Shown: piece after piece, positions 1 to 12,429 of the stretch
Layout: each line of letters opens with the position of its first letter
How positions within the stretch are numbered: the stretch's first letter is position 1
From: Camelus dromedarius
Lineage: Eukaryota
DNA length: 64,000 bases
Direction of reading: 5' to 3'
NCBI RefSeq assembly: GCF_036321535.1
Contig: NC_087437.1
Coordinates: 86,120,001-86,184,000, forward strand
Position numbers and translations under genes: made by a program
The notes under the pieces: model-generated
Seen by the model: the letters and a program-made list of their open reading frames with translations, nothing else
Told to the model about the DNA's origin: nothing
The model's database searches: none

Positions 1-290
1 GTTGATTTGATTTTGTTTTAGAAAACTTTTATACGAGAATTTTAGTAATTTTTGAAATCACGTCTCTGAAAGAAAAGGCCTTGCTCTACAAAAAAGGGAG
101 GGGGAAGTAATAACAACTTGCTGCTTCCAGATGATCTTTATACTGACTTTTCCTAGTGAAATTGTTTCAGATATTAGGCTGTTTCTATCCTAACCCCAAA
201 TTAACTCAGTCATCTGTCTGCTGAGGGACCGACAAAAAAGACTTCAACAGGCAGATGATGGTATTGGTGAAAAGAGTGTTTTTCTAGCTT

Positions 291-395
291 ATCCAGCCAT
301 TGCATAAACATTCACTGAGCCTTTACTGTGTTTACTGCACTGTACTAAATAGTATGAGAAATTCAAAATGGAGCTTATAACCCAGCTGGAAAGAA
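291..395 (-). mobile_element. L2 LINE 3' end fragment
   Basis: 'ataaacattcactgagcctttactgtgtttactgcactgtacta' resembles the antisense L2 3' terminus (aaacatttactgagcacctactatgtgccaggcactgtgcta). Confidence 0.5.
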
Positions 396-535
396 AGAGC
401 ATAATAAAGAAAAATGAGAGAATGATTTATTTTAAAAAAAGCATATTCACAGAGAAGTTTTGTATTTAATATGTAAGTAATATCATTGTAATTAATGATA
501 CCACTACCTCAACCACCCCAGCCACCTACACAAAC

Positions 536-538
<3 letters not shown>

Positions 539-582
<44 letters not shown>
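539..582. repeat. (CA)22 microsatellite
   Basis: Perfect CA dinucleotide run read directly. Confidence 0.98.
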
Positions 583-586
<4 letters not shown>

Positions 587-1681
587 AATTATATTTGGAT
601 TCAATGGAGCTATATAAAAAATTGTTCCTCTGGGAAAAATTCTATTTTAAGACTAAACGTTTTAAAATTTAGGTTTTTAAAGAACACTGAAACAAATCAA
701 TAACCAGGAGGTTATGTTTTCTTACAGTATATTACAGTATAGTAACAACAGGAGTTTACATAACCTGGTTGCTATTATAATATACTATAAGAAACATAAA
801 CATAAGATCACTATTCTTAACTGTTGCATTATGATTGTTCCTCTCATGTTGTTTATATTTAAAGTATTCTTTAAAATATTAGTGCTTTCTGAATAAAGGT
901 TTCATTGTCCTGAGTGAATTTATACTCTGAATTTACATTTAATTCTGAATTCTTTTAATATTATACTAGATCTCATTTTTTTAAGGGCTTTGAATTATTT
1001 GGTTTTGGTTTTCACATTTTCTCAACCATTATAATTCATGTCACCTGGTAACACCTCTGTGCAGCACCATGTATTTTTATTTAACAAATGACATGGGGTT
1101 GGCACAATGTTCGGGCTTGAAAATCTTTTCATCACTTATTTGTATTTTTTGACATACTTACTAACAGCTAGTCTATACTTTTTTAATTCAGAAAAGTATT
1201 TAGACTCTATGCTTAAATGTGTTTTTCCTTAAGTTTTGTTCCATATACAACATGGAAATGTTAACATAGCAGAATGTCTTTGACAAACTAAGATATTGCC
1301 TGTCGTTATCCTGCTCATGACTAAACGTAACACGTCAGTTAAAAAAAACCACCATGTGCTGGGTGAATCAAGTATAGGAAGGCTTCCCCTGACATTGTGG
1401 TGCCAGTTTCAGCACAGCTATGTAGCCTGCCCAGCTGATGCAGTGATCAGGACACCCCAACCCTGGATCTTTGCTGCCCAGGAAGTTCAAGCAGATGTCC
1501 TGGCAGGAAAACGGGTTTGTCAGCCAAAATTTGTCATGAATAATCACTGTTTCATTTCCACATATAACCCCCAATGGTTATATAATGAAGTGTAGGCTGC
1601 ATTTCTCCACCCTCTTCCTGTATCTTATTATTAGCAGGATAGAAGCCCCTGTAAAGCTGGAGCTTCCTCCCTCCTCCAGCT

Positions 1682-1859
1682 CAGTGGTTCTCACACTTCA
1701 GTGCACATCAGAGTCACAGGGAGGACCGGCTGGGCCCTAGCCCTCGGGTTTCTGACATGGGGGGTCTGGGTGGAACCTGGGAATCTGCATTCCTGATGAT
1801 GACTTCACATTCCAGGTGATGCTGATGCTGCTCCAGAAATCAGGCTTTGAAATCCACTG
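1682..1859. mobile_element. MER5A-like hAT-Charlie MITE
   Basis: Termini cagtggttctca ... tgaaatccactg (inverted); internal 'gggaatctgcatt...ccaggtgatgctgatgctgct' is typical of MER5A; about 180 bp. Confidence 0.85.
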
Positions 1860-1879
1860 CAGACCCTGTGACTTTTCTG

Positions 1880-3120
1880 CTTATGCTACAATCACACACA
1901 GTCCTGTAGTCAGTTTAAGCTGCAAAACACCAACTCATTATACATATTACAAGTATCCAAGCCAATCCGGTTCGAGATAAGAGCTCTCCAGTGTTCCTGA
2001 TTCAAGCCTGGTACACCAGCAGGCTGTCTGCCTTCTGGAAGGGGAGTATTGTCAGCCTCTGCCCTCTCTCTCTCCACTCATCTCCTCCCCACTTGCAGAC
2101 TGTTGGCGTACACCCTGCTAGCTGGGGAAAGGATACAAGAGGAAACATATTAAGGGAGATAAGATCAGAAAGTTCTTAATTGGTTGAAGTTGCTGTTGCT
2201 GTGCCAAGCTGACTTGTGCACCCAGGTCTGGCAGATGTGGACAGCTGATTCCGTCTCCTGGGCACTTCTGAGGCATCTTTGGAGCTGTCATGCTGAACTT
2301 GTCCTACTAAAGCCCTCTGAGCAGGGTAACATCTGTTCCCTGACTGGTCGCTGCACTCTGAGCCCTGCTTCTCTGGTTCTGCCACTTCACTTGTACATTC
2401 TTACATGGGAACTGCTCACCCTCCTTGTGGATTCCTTTGGGCAGCTGTTAAAACAGTTCCAGGCCAACTCTCTCTCCCTCCGTCTCTCTCTCTCTCCAGA
2501 TCTGAACCCCAGAAAACACTCACACATTCCTTGCCCCCAGCCAGTGTTGGAGGGTGGTGTGTTATAACTTCCCAAATGCAGCTCTCTGTGAGCAGTCTCT
2601 CTCAATTCTGCTACAGGACACACTGGCTTTCTCAGGCACCTGTGCAAGGTGTACCCCAACTGTAGAGAACACATGTCAGGTTCTCCAGTTGGTCCTTTTG
2701 AGCCACTTCATCACCAGGCCTTGAAGTGAAGTGCAGCCACTGTCCCCCTCTCCCTTTATGAGTGATGGGACAGGGCAGGGCTCAAAGGACAACTTTCTCC
2801 TAAAAGATCCTCTCCACAAAAAGAATCACATCAACATCTTTGTCTTCTTTCGTTGTTCCACTTTGTCCTTTCAGTTTCTTCTTATAAGTTTAAAGCCTTC
2901 CAACCTGTTATTTTCTTTGAAAATGTGCAGTTTAGTCTGGCATCTCACAAGGAATTTCTTATCTCTTGTTTCTCTGGGTGCCTCAGCTGAAACTTTCAAC
3001 CTTAACATCCTTTAACCATGGGAACCTTGTATCCTCTTGAGTCAACCCAGTTGCAATACCCAGCACCCCAGACTTGGTGTTCTCCAGATGATTCACTTAT
3101 ACAAATGCCTTGGTGCACAG
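1880..3120 (-). mobile_element. Possible ancient LTR (LTR78/MamGyp-like)
   Basis: About 1.2 kb GC-richer, pyrimidine-skewed block with LTR-like wording. Family and ends are uncertain; no TSD seen. Confidence 0.3.
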
Positions 3121-3499
3121 CGTAGATTTTGCTGAAGATACTACACGGACAGAAGAGGGCCAAAAATCACATACACTCCTGTGTATCAAATGCTAACCTT
3201 TTTCAGCCATTTAATCCCTTCCCCAAAGTCTGTCAACTGCAGGCCTCACATTTTATCTTTCCTCTACAACCCTGGATTCAACTTTTCTTTCCTCTCCCTC
3301 CACCCTCCAGATGCCCCCATGGGCATGTCAAATCCCTTCCTCCTTTATTTTGTAGACTTATTTTCTTCTTCTTCCCCAGGCAAGGAGGATCTAACAGATG
3401 TCAGGGTCCTGAAGGTTCAGCTTCTTCCTAGCAATCATCTCTCAGTAACAAAAAGTAGGAGCCTCTACAAGCATCTAGTTTTTACCCCTTGTTGTTGTA

Positions 3500-3680
3500 A
3501 CTACATTATCTCATTTAACCTTCAGGAAACACACTTAAAACAATATGAGTGAAATATTGGAAGCGTTAATATAGATTATATAATTCAGATGCAGAGAATC
3601 TTAAGCTACTTGCCCAACATCACAAAGCAGAGCAATGGATACATTTACTTTTTATATCTCAGAAGCACATTCTACTATCA
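3500..3680 (-). mobile_element. MIR SINE fragment
   Basis: 'acattatctcatttaacctt' and 'ttaagctacttgcccaacatcaca' match the antisense MIR core. Confidence 0.55.
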
Positions 3681-5384
3681 AATAGTGAGCCCCAAGCTCG
3701 TAGCCTTACCCACAGGCCTCCTTCCTCATTTACCCAGGTACATCCAGACAGGCTGGTGCCAAAAGAAGAAACGGGTGCAAGCAGATAACCTGGCTCAGGA
3801 ACTGTAAAGGCTCATATCAACCTACCAGAGCTGGCACGGCAGGAAGAAATATCACTTCTCTTTAGCCAGTGGCTGCCATCATCAACAGCTGTATTGGCCA
3901 CTATTTTAATTTCAAATTGCTTGTATTCCAAATTCTTACCAATTAGCTTGGACTGACACAGGTTTGTAGCATACTGAAAGAAGAGAGGTGGCTGTCCTCT
4001 GCTACAGAGGAACAAGGGATTTGCTTCCGAAGCTGCTATTAGCATTAATGAGAGTTGTGAATTTACCTTGTCTCATTTCAGTCAGAGGAGAGAGCTAGCT
4101 GGATGATGAATGTAGATAAGATTATTCTATTCAAAGCATTGCTCAAAATTTCTATTAGTAGCCATGGTTTATCTCCTTGGATATCATTATGAACCAAATT
4201 TTGCTCCAAAGTCGTAATGGTTTAGATTATCAGCCATATCAGGTAATGTCACCAATGATAAGTGTCTACTGTTAAAATAAATGCTATGTTGTTTTGCCTC
4301 TCAACTTGTTTTTAATGCAGACTCCTAGGGGCTTGTGCAACAGTGGGGATCCATTTATCAGCACAAAACAGCCACTTCTTTACACATGACCACTTGGTAA
4401 TCATGCAGCCTCTGTACAAGAAGTCAAGGAAAATAATAAGGGTGGCTCGGCCTGCAAGGCTGGAGCAAGGGGGCTGTCTTTCGACAATCAAGCACTATTT
4501 GTGCGGATTAATGTGGCTTTTGATAAACTGCCAAACAACCATAGAAGCCAGATTTAGAACAAGGCCCACTGAAGAACTTTGGGCTCTTCATTTTTATGAA
4601 GACTCTTCACAGGGCATGCTGAGCAACTGCTTAATAATTGGAAATCAAATGTATTGAAAGAAAGCATAGCTACATATTCTCCTAGAAAACCCAAATAATC
4701 TCGTGTATCCTCTTTTTCATACCAAAGAAATCACATCCTGCAATCATAAAAGGTAAAGATATTGTCTCCTTTATACAGTGAACCCCCATGTCCCCAAAGC
4801 ATATGTACACTTTTTCTGAATTTGAATTGATGCTCTTGGAATATGGCTCCACAGAGGAGGAAACTGCCTATGTGATATGACTTCAGAAATACTACAAAGC
4901 CTCGTCAGCTCCAAAATTTCCTGTTCACCTTCCCAACTGTCTGAAATGGGAGTAAAGTAATATATTCATGCTCAGTATTGAGAGACAGTCTTTCATGTAT
5001 TTCTCATGTTTCTATACAACTTGTTAGGTATGCAAGGAATGGGAGGCCATGGTTACACACATGCCTTTTTTCAGGGGTGTGTTTGCATTGAGCTATCTTG
5101 AGAGATGAGGTAACATTCCTCCCCAGACAAAGAAAAGGCTTGCTTACTGTCTGTTATAAAAGCAGTAAATTTCCCCAAGTTTTTGTGGAGGAGCCAACTG
5201 CATATGAGGCCTCCATCTGCCCCATATTCCACAGGACTTGGGGCAAGAGAAATTGAAGCAAACATACTGATGCATGCCTGAAGCCAATCTACCCCTGAGT
5301 ATTTCATAAGAAGATTAACTCCATTTCTAAGTCAGGACATTTTGTAAATGTTTCTATCACTTAAAACCAAGAGCCCTAATAATA

Positions 5385-5600
5385 CCGGGATTAGGTTTGG
5401 GTAATATTGCTTACTATACTGGAGAGTCCTAGTGCAAATTAACATATTCAAGTCATGAGAAGTTCTGCTGTAAAAAAAAAAAATTGTTTCATTTTGTTTA
5501 ACTTGTGATTTCTCTATTTTCTATGAACCATCCCATTTTTTTTTAGTAACATTTATCAATTTCTTGTAAGACTGATGTTCCAACCTCACTTGGAGAATAT
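5385..5600. mobile_element. MER103-like hAT-Charlie fragment
   Basis: 'attaacatattcaagtcatgagaagttctgctgtaaa...tgtttcattttgtttaac' resembles the element also seen at 41131-41940. Confidence 0.45.
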
Positions 5601-6789
5601 TAGAATATTCTTTTCCCTGAAAATTTGTTATAAACTCATAAATCAGAAAATTAAACAGAACAAACAGAAAATGTGTGTACACATGAAAGCTTTCATCTAT
5701 GCAATCTTGTACTTATTCTACCAGCATTTAATGAAAACCCACTATGTGTCTGGCAGACATAATAGAAGGCAGTGAATACATACCTCAGGAGGAAAATAGA
5801 GCAGAGTATTACACAAAAATCAATGCGTTCCTATTGACCACAGAAACATTATCAATGTCTAAAAATATTGGAGTGTTTCATTTCAATAAGAAAGTTTGAT
5901 ATCAAACTTTAGCACACTAAGACCATATTAAAACATTGAAAAGTTTATCAATTTTCTTGATGGGGAGGTTACAAAGCAAATTTCTCAGGATATAGACAGT
6001 CATGATCTTTCAGAAGACAACTAGAAATAGTTGAAATATCTAACCTATTTAGAACATGAGGATAATGTAATTTTGTAATAGAAAACCTAATAACATCAGA
6101 TTTATAGCCCAATTTATAATCCAAAGGGTTCCAATTTGGTCAGGAAATAAAACCAAAGTCAATAAACTCTTGTGTTAAATATTCTAGACAATGAATGCAA
6201 ACTGCTTTCAATGTTCTAAGATGGAGAAACACATAAAAGAAAATACCTGTGGAGCATAATTTAATTTTGAAAACAGACCCACCAGGAAATGAGTTATGTG
6301 AATCAATTCAAGTCAACACATTTTTTTTTTTCAGTTCCTATCATTTGTCTCATCCTGTGCTAGGCACTTGGGGATATTTTTAAATACAACAACTAATACA
6401 GCGCTCTACAGTCATTTTATTTGGTTCAAGTAATCAGTGTGGAAGGCATATATCATTTCTGACTTGCCCTCTAAGTGCCCACGAAAAACCAGAAAACAGA
6501 AATATATCTACAAAGATGCAAGCTCTAAACACTAGAGGTTGAGGAAGGGAGAGATGAATGAGATCAGTGTAGCCTGGGAAAACTTCAAAGAGAATCTCAA
6601 GGGAAGAAATTAATATAAGCAAAGCCATAGGAAGTTTATTTAGTTTTGTTTTATTTTTAGTTTGTTTTTAAACTAAAAAGTGTGTATAGTATCACTGCTT
6701 TGACTGGGGCAGAAAGAAAACATTGATAAGTAACTAGATTTAAGTTTGGGCAGAAAGGAAAGGATCAATGATAAACAATAGAGAAGGGA

Positions 6790-7150
6790 AATGTTCACTT
6801 ATTTCAACAAGTATTTCTTGGGTAAATACTATGAAAAACACATTGTGGTAAGCCTTTAAAAATATAGAATAACTAATAATTTCTAGAATTGTCACAAAGA
6901 AGTGTCAATAAATCAGATGCAGAAAATAGTGCACTAAAGGAAGCGTGCAGCAAGGGCCGTATGATTGAAACAATTGCAGGCTATTGGAGGTTCAAAATGG
7001 GGGAGATTCCTCCTGGTTGGAAGTTAGAAAGAGCTGGATATTCTCTGAGTCTTAAGGAAAGAAAGGTAGTGACACATGAGAAAAAGGAAAAGCGCATTAG
7101 AAAGAATGGATAGACCTTGATAATTCACAGCAACAGGAGAATGTGGAAGA
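6790..7150 (-). mobile_element. L2 LINE fragment
   Basis: Starts with the antisense L2 tail 'ttcacttatttcaacaagtatttcttgggtaaatactatg', followed by purine-rich L2 body. Confidence 0.5.
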
Positions 7151-7224
7151 CTCTTCCAAACGAGATAACGTATCTGAAATCATCTTGAAATGGTCAAGCA
7201 CAATGTAACTGCAGAGATTTACAC

Positions 7225-7343
7225 AGTGGCCTGGGTCACTTAACTGGTAACTGAGCTTTGGTTCTTTAAATGCAAAATGGGAGCAGTCATGACTCCTCTG
7301 CCTTTTTCGCATGGATTTTATAGAGGCTCAGTTAAGAAAATAA
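7225..7343 (+). mobile_element. MIR SINE fragment
   Basis: 'gggtcacttaac...tttaaatgcaaaatgggagcagt...ggattttatagaggctcagttaagaaaataa' follows the MIR core. Confidence 0.55.
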
Positions 7344-7345
7344 CC

Positions 7346-7853
7346 AGGGAATCTCGCCATTTGCCACAACATGGATGGGCCTTGAGAAAAGCGTGCTAAG
7401 TGGGATGTTAGAGAGAAAGACAAATGCCTTATGACCTGACTTACATGTGGAATCTAAAAAAAAAAATTTGAAAAAACCCCAACAAACTCATAGACACAGA
7501 GAACAGTGTGGTGGTTGCCAAAGGTGGTGGATGGGAAGTAGGTTAAATGGGTGAAGATGGTCAAAAGGTACAAAATTCCAGTTACAAAATAAGTAAGTTC
7601 TGGGAATGTAATGTACAGCATGGTGACAATAATTAATACTACCACTGTACGGTAAATTTGAAAGTTGCTAAGAGAGTAGATCTTAAAAATTCTCATCACA
7701 AGGAAAAATAGCTTTTAAGTATGTGTGGTGACAGATGTTAACTAGACTTACTAAGATAATCATTTGGCAATATATACAAATATCTAGTCAGTACTGTTGT
7801 ACACCTGAAACTACTATAATGTTATATGTCAACTATTTCTCAACTTTAAAAGT
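7346..7853 (+). mobile_element. L1 3' end (L1MA9-like), 5'-truncated
   Basis: End of ORF2 'gccatttgccacaacatggatgggccttgag' followed by 3'UTR landmarks 'gaaagttgctaagagagtagatcttaaa' and 'tgtacacctgaaactactataatgttatatgtcaact'. Confidence 0.92.
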
Positions 7854-7889
7854 ATCAATATATTTTAATTTTTTACCATACATATTTCT

Positions 7890-8312
7890 TTTTTAAAACA
7901 GCTTTACTGAGGTATAACTAATATGCAAGAAGATTGGACATATTTAATGTATACAATTTAATGAGTCTGGACATATATACCTGCAGACTATTACCACAAT
8001 CAAGATAATAGACATACCCATCACTTCCAAAAGTTTTCTCATGTCTCTTTTTTGTTGTTATTTGGTTTTTGTTTTGTTTTGTGGTAAGAACACTTAATAT
8101 AAGATCTACCCAATTAACAAATTTTACAGAATTTTTAGCTGTAGGCACAAGGTTGAACAGCAGATCCCTACAACTTCTTTATTTCACACAATCAAAACTT
8201 TCTATCAAACTCCCCCATCTCCCCCTCCAAGCTGTCCCATGCTACGCTTTGGTTCTATGAGTTTCATTATTTTAGATAATTCATATAAGTGGAATCATGC
8301 ACTATTCATCTG
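7890..8312 (-). mobile_element. L1 3' end (L1MA10/L1MB-like), antisense, with TSD
   Basis: 'acagctttactgaggtataac' through 'tcatataagtggaatcatgc'; flanked by accatacatatttct (7875-7889) and accaacatatttct (8313-8326). Confidence 0.9.
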
Positions 8313-11300
8313 ACCAACATATTTCTCAAATTAGTAATCATTTTGAAGTTTATTTATGACTCCAAAACCAAAACTTGGACATTTAGGTATGTCAGACAAC
8401 TTTAAACAAAGTCAAAATAAAAACAGAAGTATCATTTCCAAGAAAAATCAACAAGGCCAAAGCAAAAATCTTCCGACTAAAGATACAAATATTAAAACCC
8501 AACAAATAGGCTTAAAGGAACAAAAATAAAGTCAAACCTACCCATCTGACAGCCTGCTCGCAATGCAAGTTCCTGCCATAGCCTCAGAGAAATTCTAATG
8601 TGTTTTGACATATTTATCTGTGGGAGACGCTGCCATTGCATTAGCATTCTTCATATTATTTTTACATTTAAATTGATTTCAATTACATAGACATTTCAAA
8701 ACATTAATATTCATTGGAGATATTGCTGATATCTTCTCAGTGTGCTGAACTTTTTTAGGCACTGGTTCATAATTAACTCGCTCCACATGTAACTGCTAGA
8801 GAACAACCGTATGAAATTCTGATTAATATAAGAGCCTTTTTGCATATGCTCAAAGTTCCAAAATTATGAACATTCCATTGACAGAGGATTCACACATACA
8901 AACTATTCCACCAAGATAGATTTCACTTTTAGATTTCTCTTTCCCATTGTTTGAGAAGTAACTTGAGTGAGAAAGGAACTCAAGCAACAAACACATTCAT
9001 TTTCTTGTTATGGAAGAGAAAAGGATGGATTTGATTGGTTCTCTGGGGAAGGGAAGGGAAGGGAATAAAAAAATGTCTGGAGGGAAAAAAGAAAACAGAC
9101 AACAACTTGACCCCTATCTGTGGATTCCCTGAAAGGCTCAGTGTGAATGAACTGGATGTCCTATGGAAACTCATAGAAAAACTAAATTGATTTGTGAAAA
9201 TAGAGGTAGCACGGACAACTTCAGGAGCCATAGGCAAAGAGAAACGTGAGTATTTAACACAGAGAAATTATCAGACCTTGTGGGGAGGAGTCATGGAATT
9301 GTTAGCGTCTAAAGCAGTACCACTTAAATCTCACTGGCAGAGAAACTCACAAATGTTATCTGGGATACGTGAGAGTTAGATGAAATAATACATAAAACAA
9401 CATTAGAAGGCATTTAAGAAATAGTGATTGCAACTATTACATTACTTCATTTAGGCTTCACAATACATCTAATCTTGAGTTCAACAAAAAAGGTTTGGGG
9501 ATGCATTTCCCATCAGTTTGGCTGGAATGTAAGATTAGGCGACACTGCCCCCTCATGGTCCACCTGGGCTCTGAGAGGAGCAGCCTCATTCACAGACATT
9601 GTAATCCATGAAAGTCTGTATTCCTGCTTTTGTTTGGGGTCTTGTGGACCAAATCAGTGGGAGAGAAGTTGAACTTGATTACAACTGGGATATGATCTTT
9701 TACAAAGGTCTGCAAGTTTCCCCAAAGTTTATTAGACTAGAGAGAATCTCTGGAACCCCAGAGAAAAAGTCCAGATGGAGTAGCCAGATGGGGACTGCAG
9801 AACAGGTAGTTCCAGGTGAAGGTCTGAACAGGTTTGATCATCCCTTAATCTAGTCTGTCAAAAGTTCTGTCTCTTGGGACAGAAAGTTGAACTATTAAGA
9901 GGAATTCAGCATCACTAGTGATATAACAGTTTAGTGTTGAAAACAGCAAGTGAAGGTGATTTCCTGGCTAGAGAAGAGAAGATTAAGAGTCAGAAGGGTA
10001 AACGGGGTTGACAGCAGCACAAACAGAGGTTCTGTGAGTGGCATGGAGGTCAGCTCATCAGAGGACCTCAGCACCAGCTCAGGCAGAGGCTGGTGAAACT
10101 GGTCCAGCTGATGTAGCAAAAATGGGAGTAGACAGATTGCTGCTCTGCAGGAAGCACTTTTTAGAAACTGCCCTCATTCTTCCTGAGACATTTCTAGAGG
10201 AAATGCAAAGGAGATCTGAGGGAGAAGGAATCTTCAGGAAGGCTTTGCCATGGAATACATTCACTAGCAAAGTTAGTTACACTTTATATCCGTTTCATAG
10301 ATGTAGATACTGAGATTCAGAAGCTTGATCAAATTCATACATTTTTTTTTCAGCAGAAAGATTAGGACATGGATCAATGAGATATTAGTTCTTATTTATA
10401 CCAACCTGTCTCCCTTTAAAAAAATCTTGGGTACACAGAGACATTTATTTGTTCCTTTCAATTTTTAAGTTTTCTTATTTTACATTACACTTAATTACAT
10501 AAACTGCTCTCAGTCTTTTCTGGAGTCGGTAGGGTATAAATATTACACAAACAAAATAAATTATATTTCTATGGAAAAATGTGTTACAAGTTTCAAACAA
10601 CAATTGGCCTTTGCATGAACTTTAAACTACAACCTTTTCATGATTTGAGATCAGAATATATTTGGGTCAGAGGACACTTTTACTATCTACTAACAAGTTC
10701 CGTTAAAACTACTTTGAAATGACTATTCTGAAAAGTTCAATTATCTGACCTTGATGGATATCTTCCAATACATAGTGACTTTATAAATTTATATATAGTT
10801 CAAAGAAACCTGATGTGACAAGGTTATACTCTTAGAATTATGTATTCTCTTCTTACAGAGATTTTTTTTTTTGGTCTAAACTTTCAGTGAGACAGAAATA
10901 AACAGAACTGAAAATGACTGAGTCACTAATATTTATTTAATGTATATTTAATGTCAAAGAATTTTTCCATAATGAATAGAGAAATCCAATAATCAAGGCT
11001 TTTGGGGAGAAAGAAGTCAAAGGATGACAGTGTAGACAATAATAAATTTAAATTAGGTAGGCTAGGATCCACTGAATTATAGCTCTGGTTGCTATACCAT
11101 TTGTACAGTACCTACCAATCTCTTTGTTTTCTAAATAAAATATTAAACGTTTTCATGTACCTGTCAATTAATTTTTCTCTAACCATATTTCATGCCCCCT
11201 TTGGAAAATTAAGGCAGTCCTCAAAAAATTTACATTTGACTCTTGGATTTCCCCCCACACTTCTGTGTGGAGCAGGGTGCTTACCTAGTTCAGCAGCACT

Positions 11301-11429
11301 TAACTCATAACCCATAAACAAGGCCCCTTGAAGGAGCTTCTACTCAAAAGTTACCACATTCTGTCGGTGTTGGCAACGAGCACTCAAAGCCCTGAGAAAA
11401 ATGTGCAGCAGGAGAAGATGGGTACAATA

Positions 11430-11870
11430 GCAGTCATGATTTGGCCACTCTAGTGTTTTAAGCACAAAGAGAATTAATACAAGGAGTTAGGTGCTTACCA
11501 AACTGTCAGACATGCTGGAGGAATACAGGTCAGAAAATTCGGCCACTAGCACTCAGGCTTTGCCACTACCTCTCTGAGGTTTGAAAGTTTGCAGTAACCA
11601 TGGGAAAATGCTGACAGTGATCAGCACTGCCTCTACCACTGAGATGCGTCCTTCACAGGACAGTACTGGAGGCCCCTGTGACATCTCCCACCAGCTGAGG
11701 CCCACATATCTGACCACGACTGCCAAGAGGAGTAATATTGGACTTCTGGTTCTCGCTCACCTTCCGAATCTCATACAAGTGCTGCTAACCAGAAAAACCT
11801 GTGCTTTCTCCTATGTCTGGGGCTCGAAGTTCTCAAATCATGTCCAGATTTCAAATTACTAGAATGACTT
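11430..11870 (-). mobile_element. Old MaLR LTR (MLT1 group)
   Basis: 'ttttaagcacaaagagaattaatacaaggagttaggtgcttaccaaactgtcagacatgctggagg' resembles old MLT1 subfamilies. Confidence 0.5.
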
Positions 11871-12429
11871 TTGGCAGGAAAAGAATCTAGGGTCCTATAA
11901 GAAGCACTTATTTTTATGGACAAGGATCTGAATTGGGGACACGGGCTTATTTAGTCAGGCTTCATTCTGCCTCAACATGTAGCTGAAGCTAGATGCTCAT
12001 TTTAGCCAATATGGGCCACACTCTGAAAACAACAGCTAAGTATGTCAGTGTGAACTAAGAAGATGCAACACTAAGAGAAAATATGGACTACCCTTGGCTG
12101 AAGGAATGAGGTTAACCTCCATCAGAGAACCTGTACAGGGATCTGGACCAGCAAAGCATAAATGTAGCAGTGAGCTGTGCCAAACCAATGTACAGGAGTG
12201 ATGCTGCACACTAGCTGCAGAAATAATGGCAGCAAAAACATTAGCCCCACTAGAAAATCAGTCATTTCCCCAATTCTCTCTTGGTGAGGCAATCGTAAGC
12301 TAGATCTGCCCCTTTGAGTAATCCTCTGGGGTCAGTGAACAGTTCAGAGAGGGTGAAAAAAATACTGGATGTCCCGCCATTTGGGAAATTATGAAATTGA
12401 GTGAGCTTTAGTTTTTAAAATTTTAAAGT

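Noticed and set aside
1296..1595. Overlapping ORFs on both strands with protein-like composition
   Set aside because: No recognisable homology and no convincing splice-site pair; more likely non-coding unique sequence.
11870..12400. Possible MaLR-internal or old LINE sequence after the MLT1
   Set aside because: I could not match it to any family with confidence.
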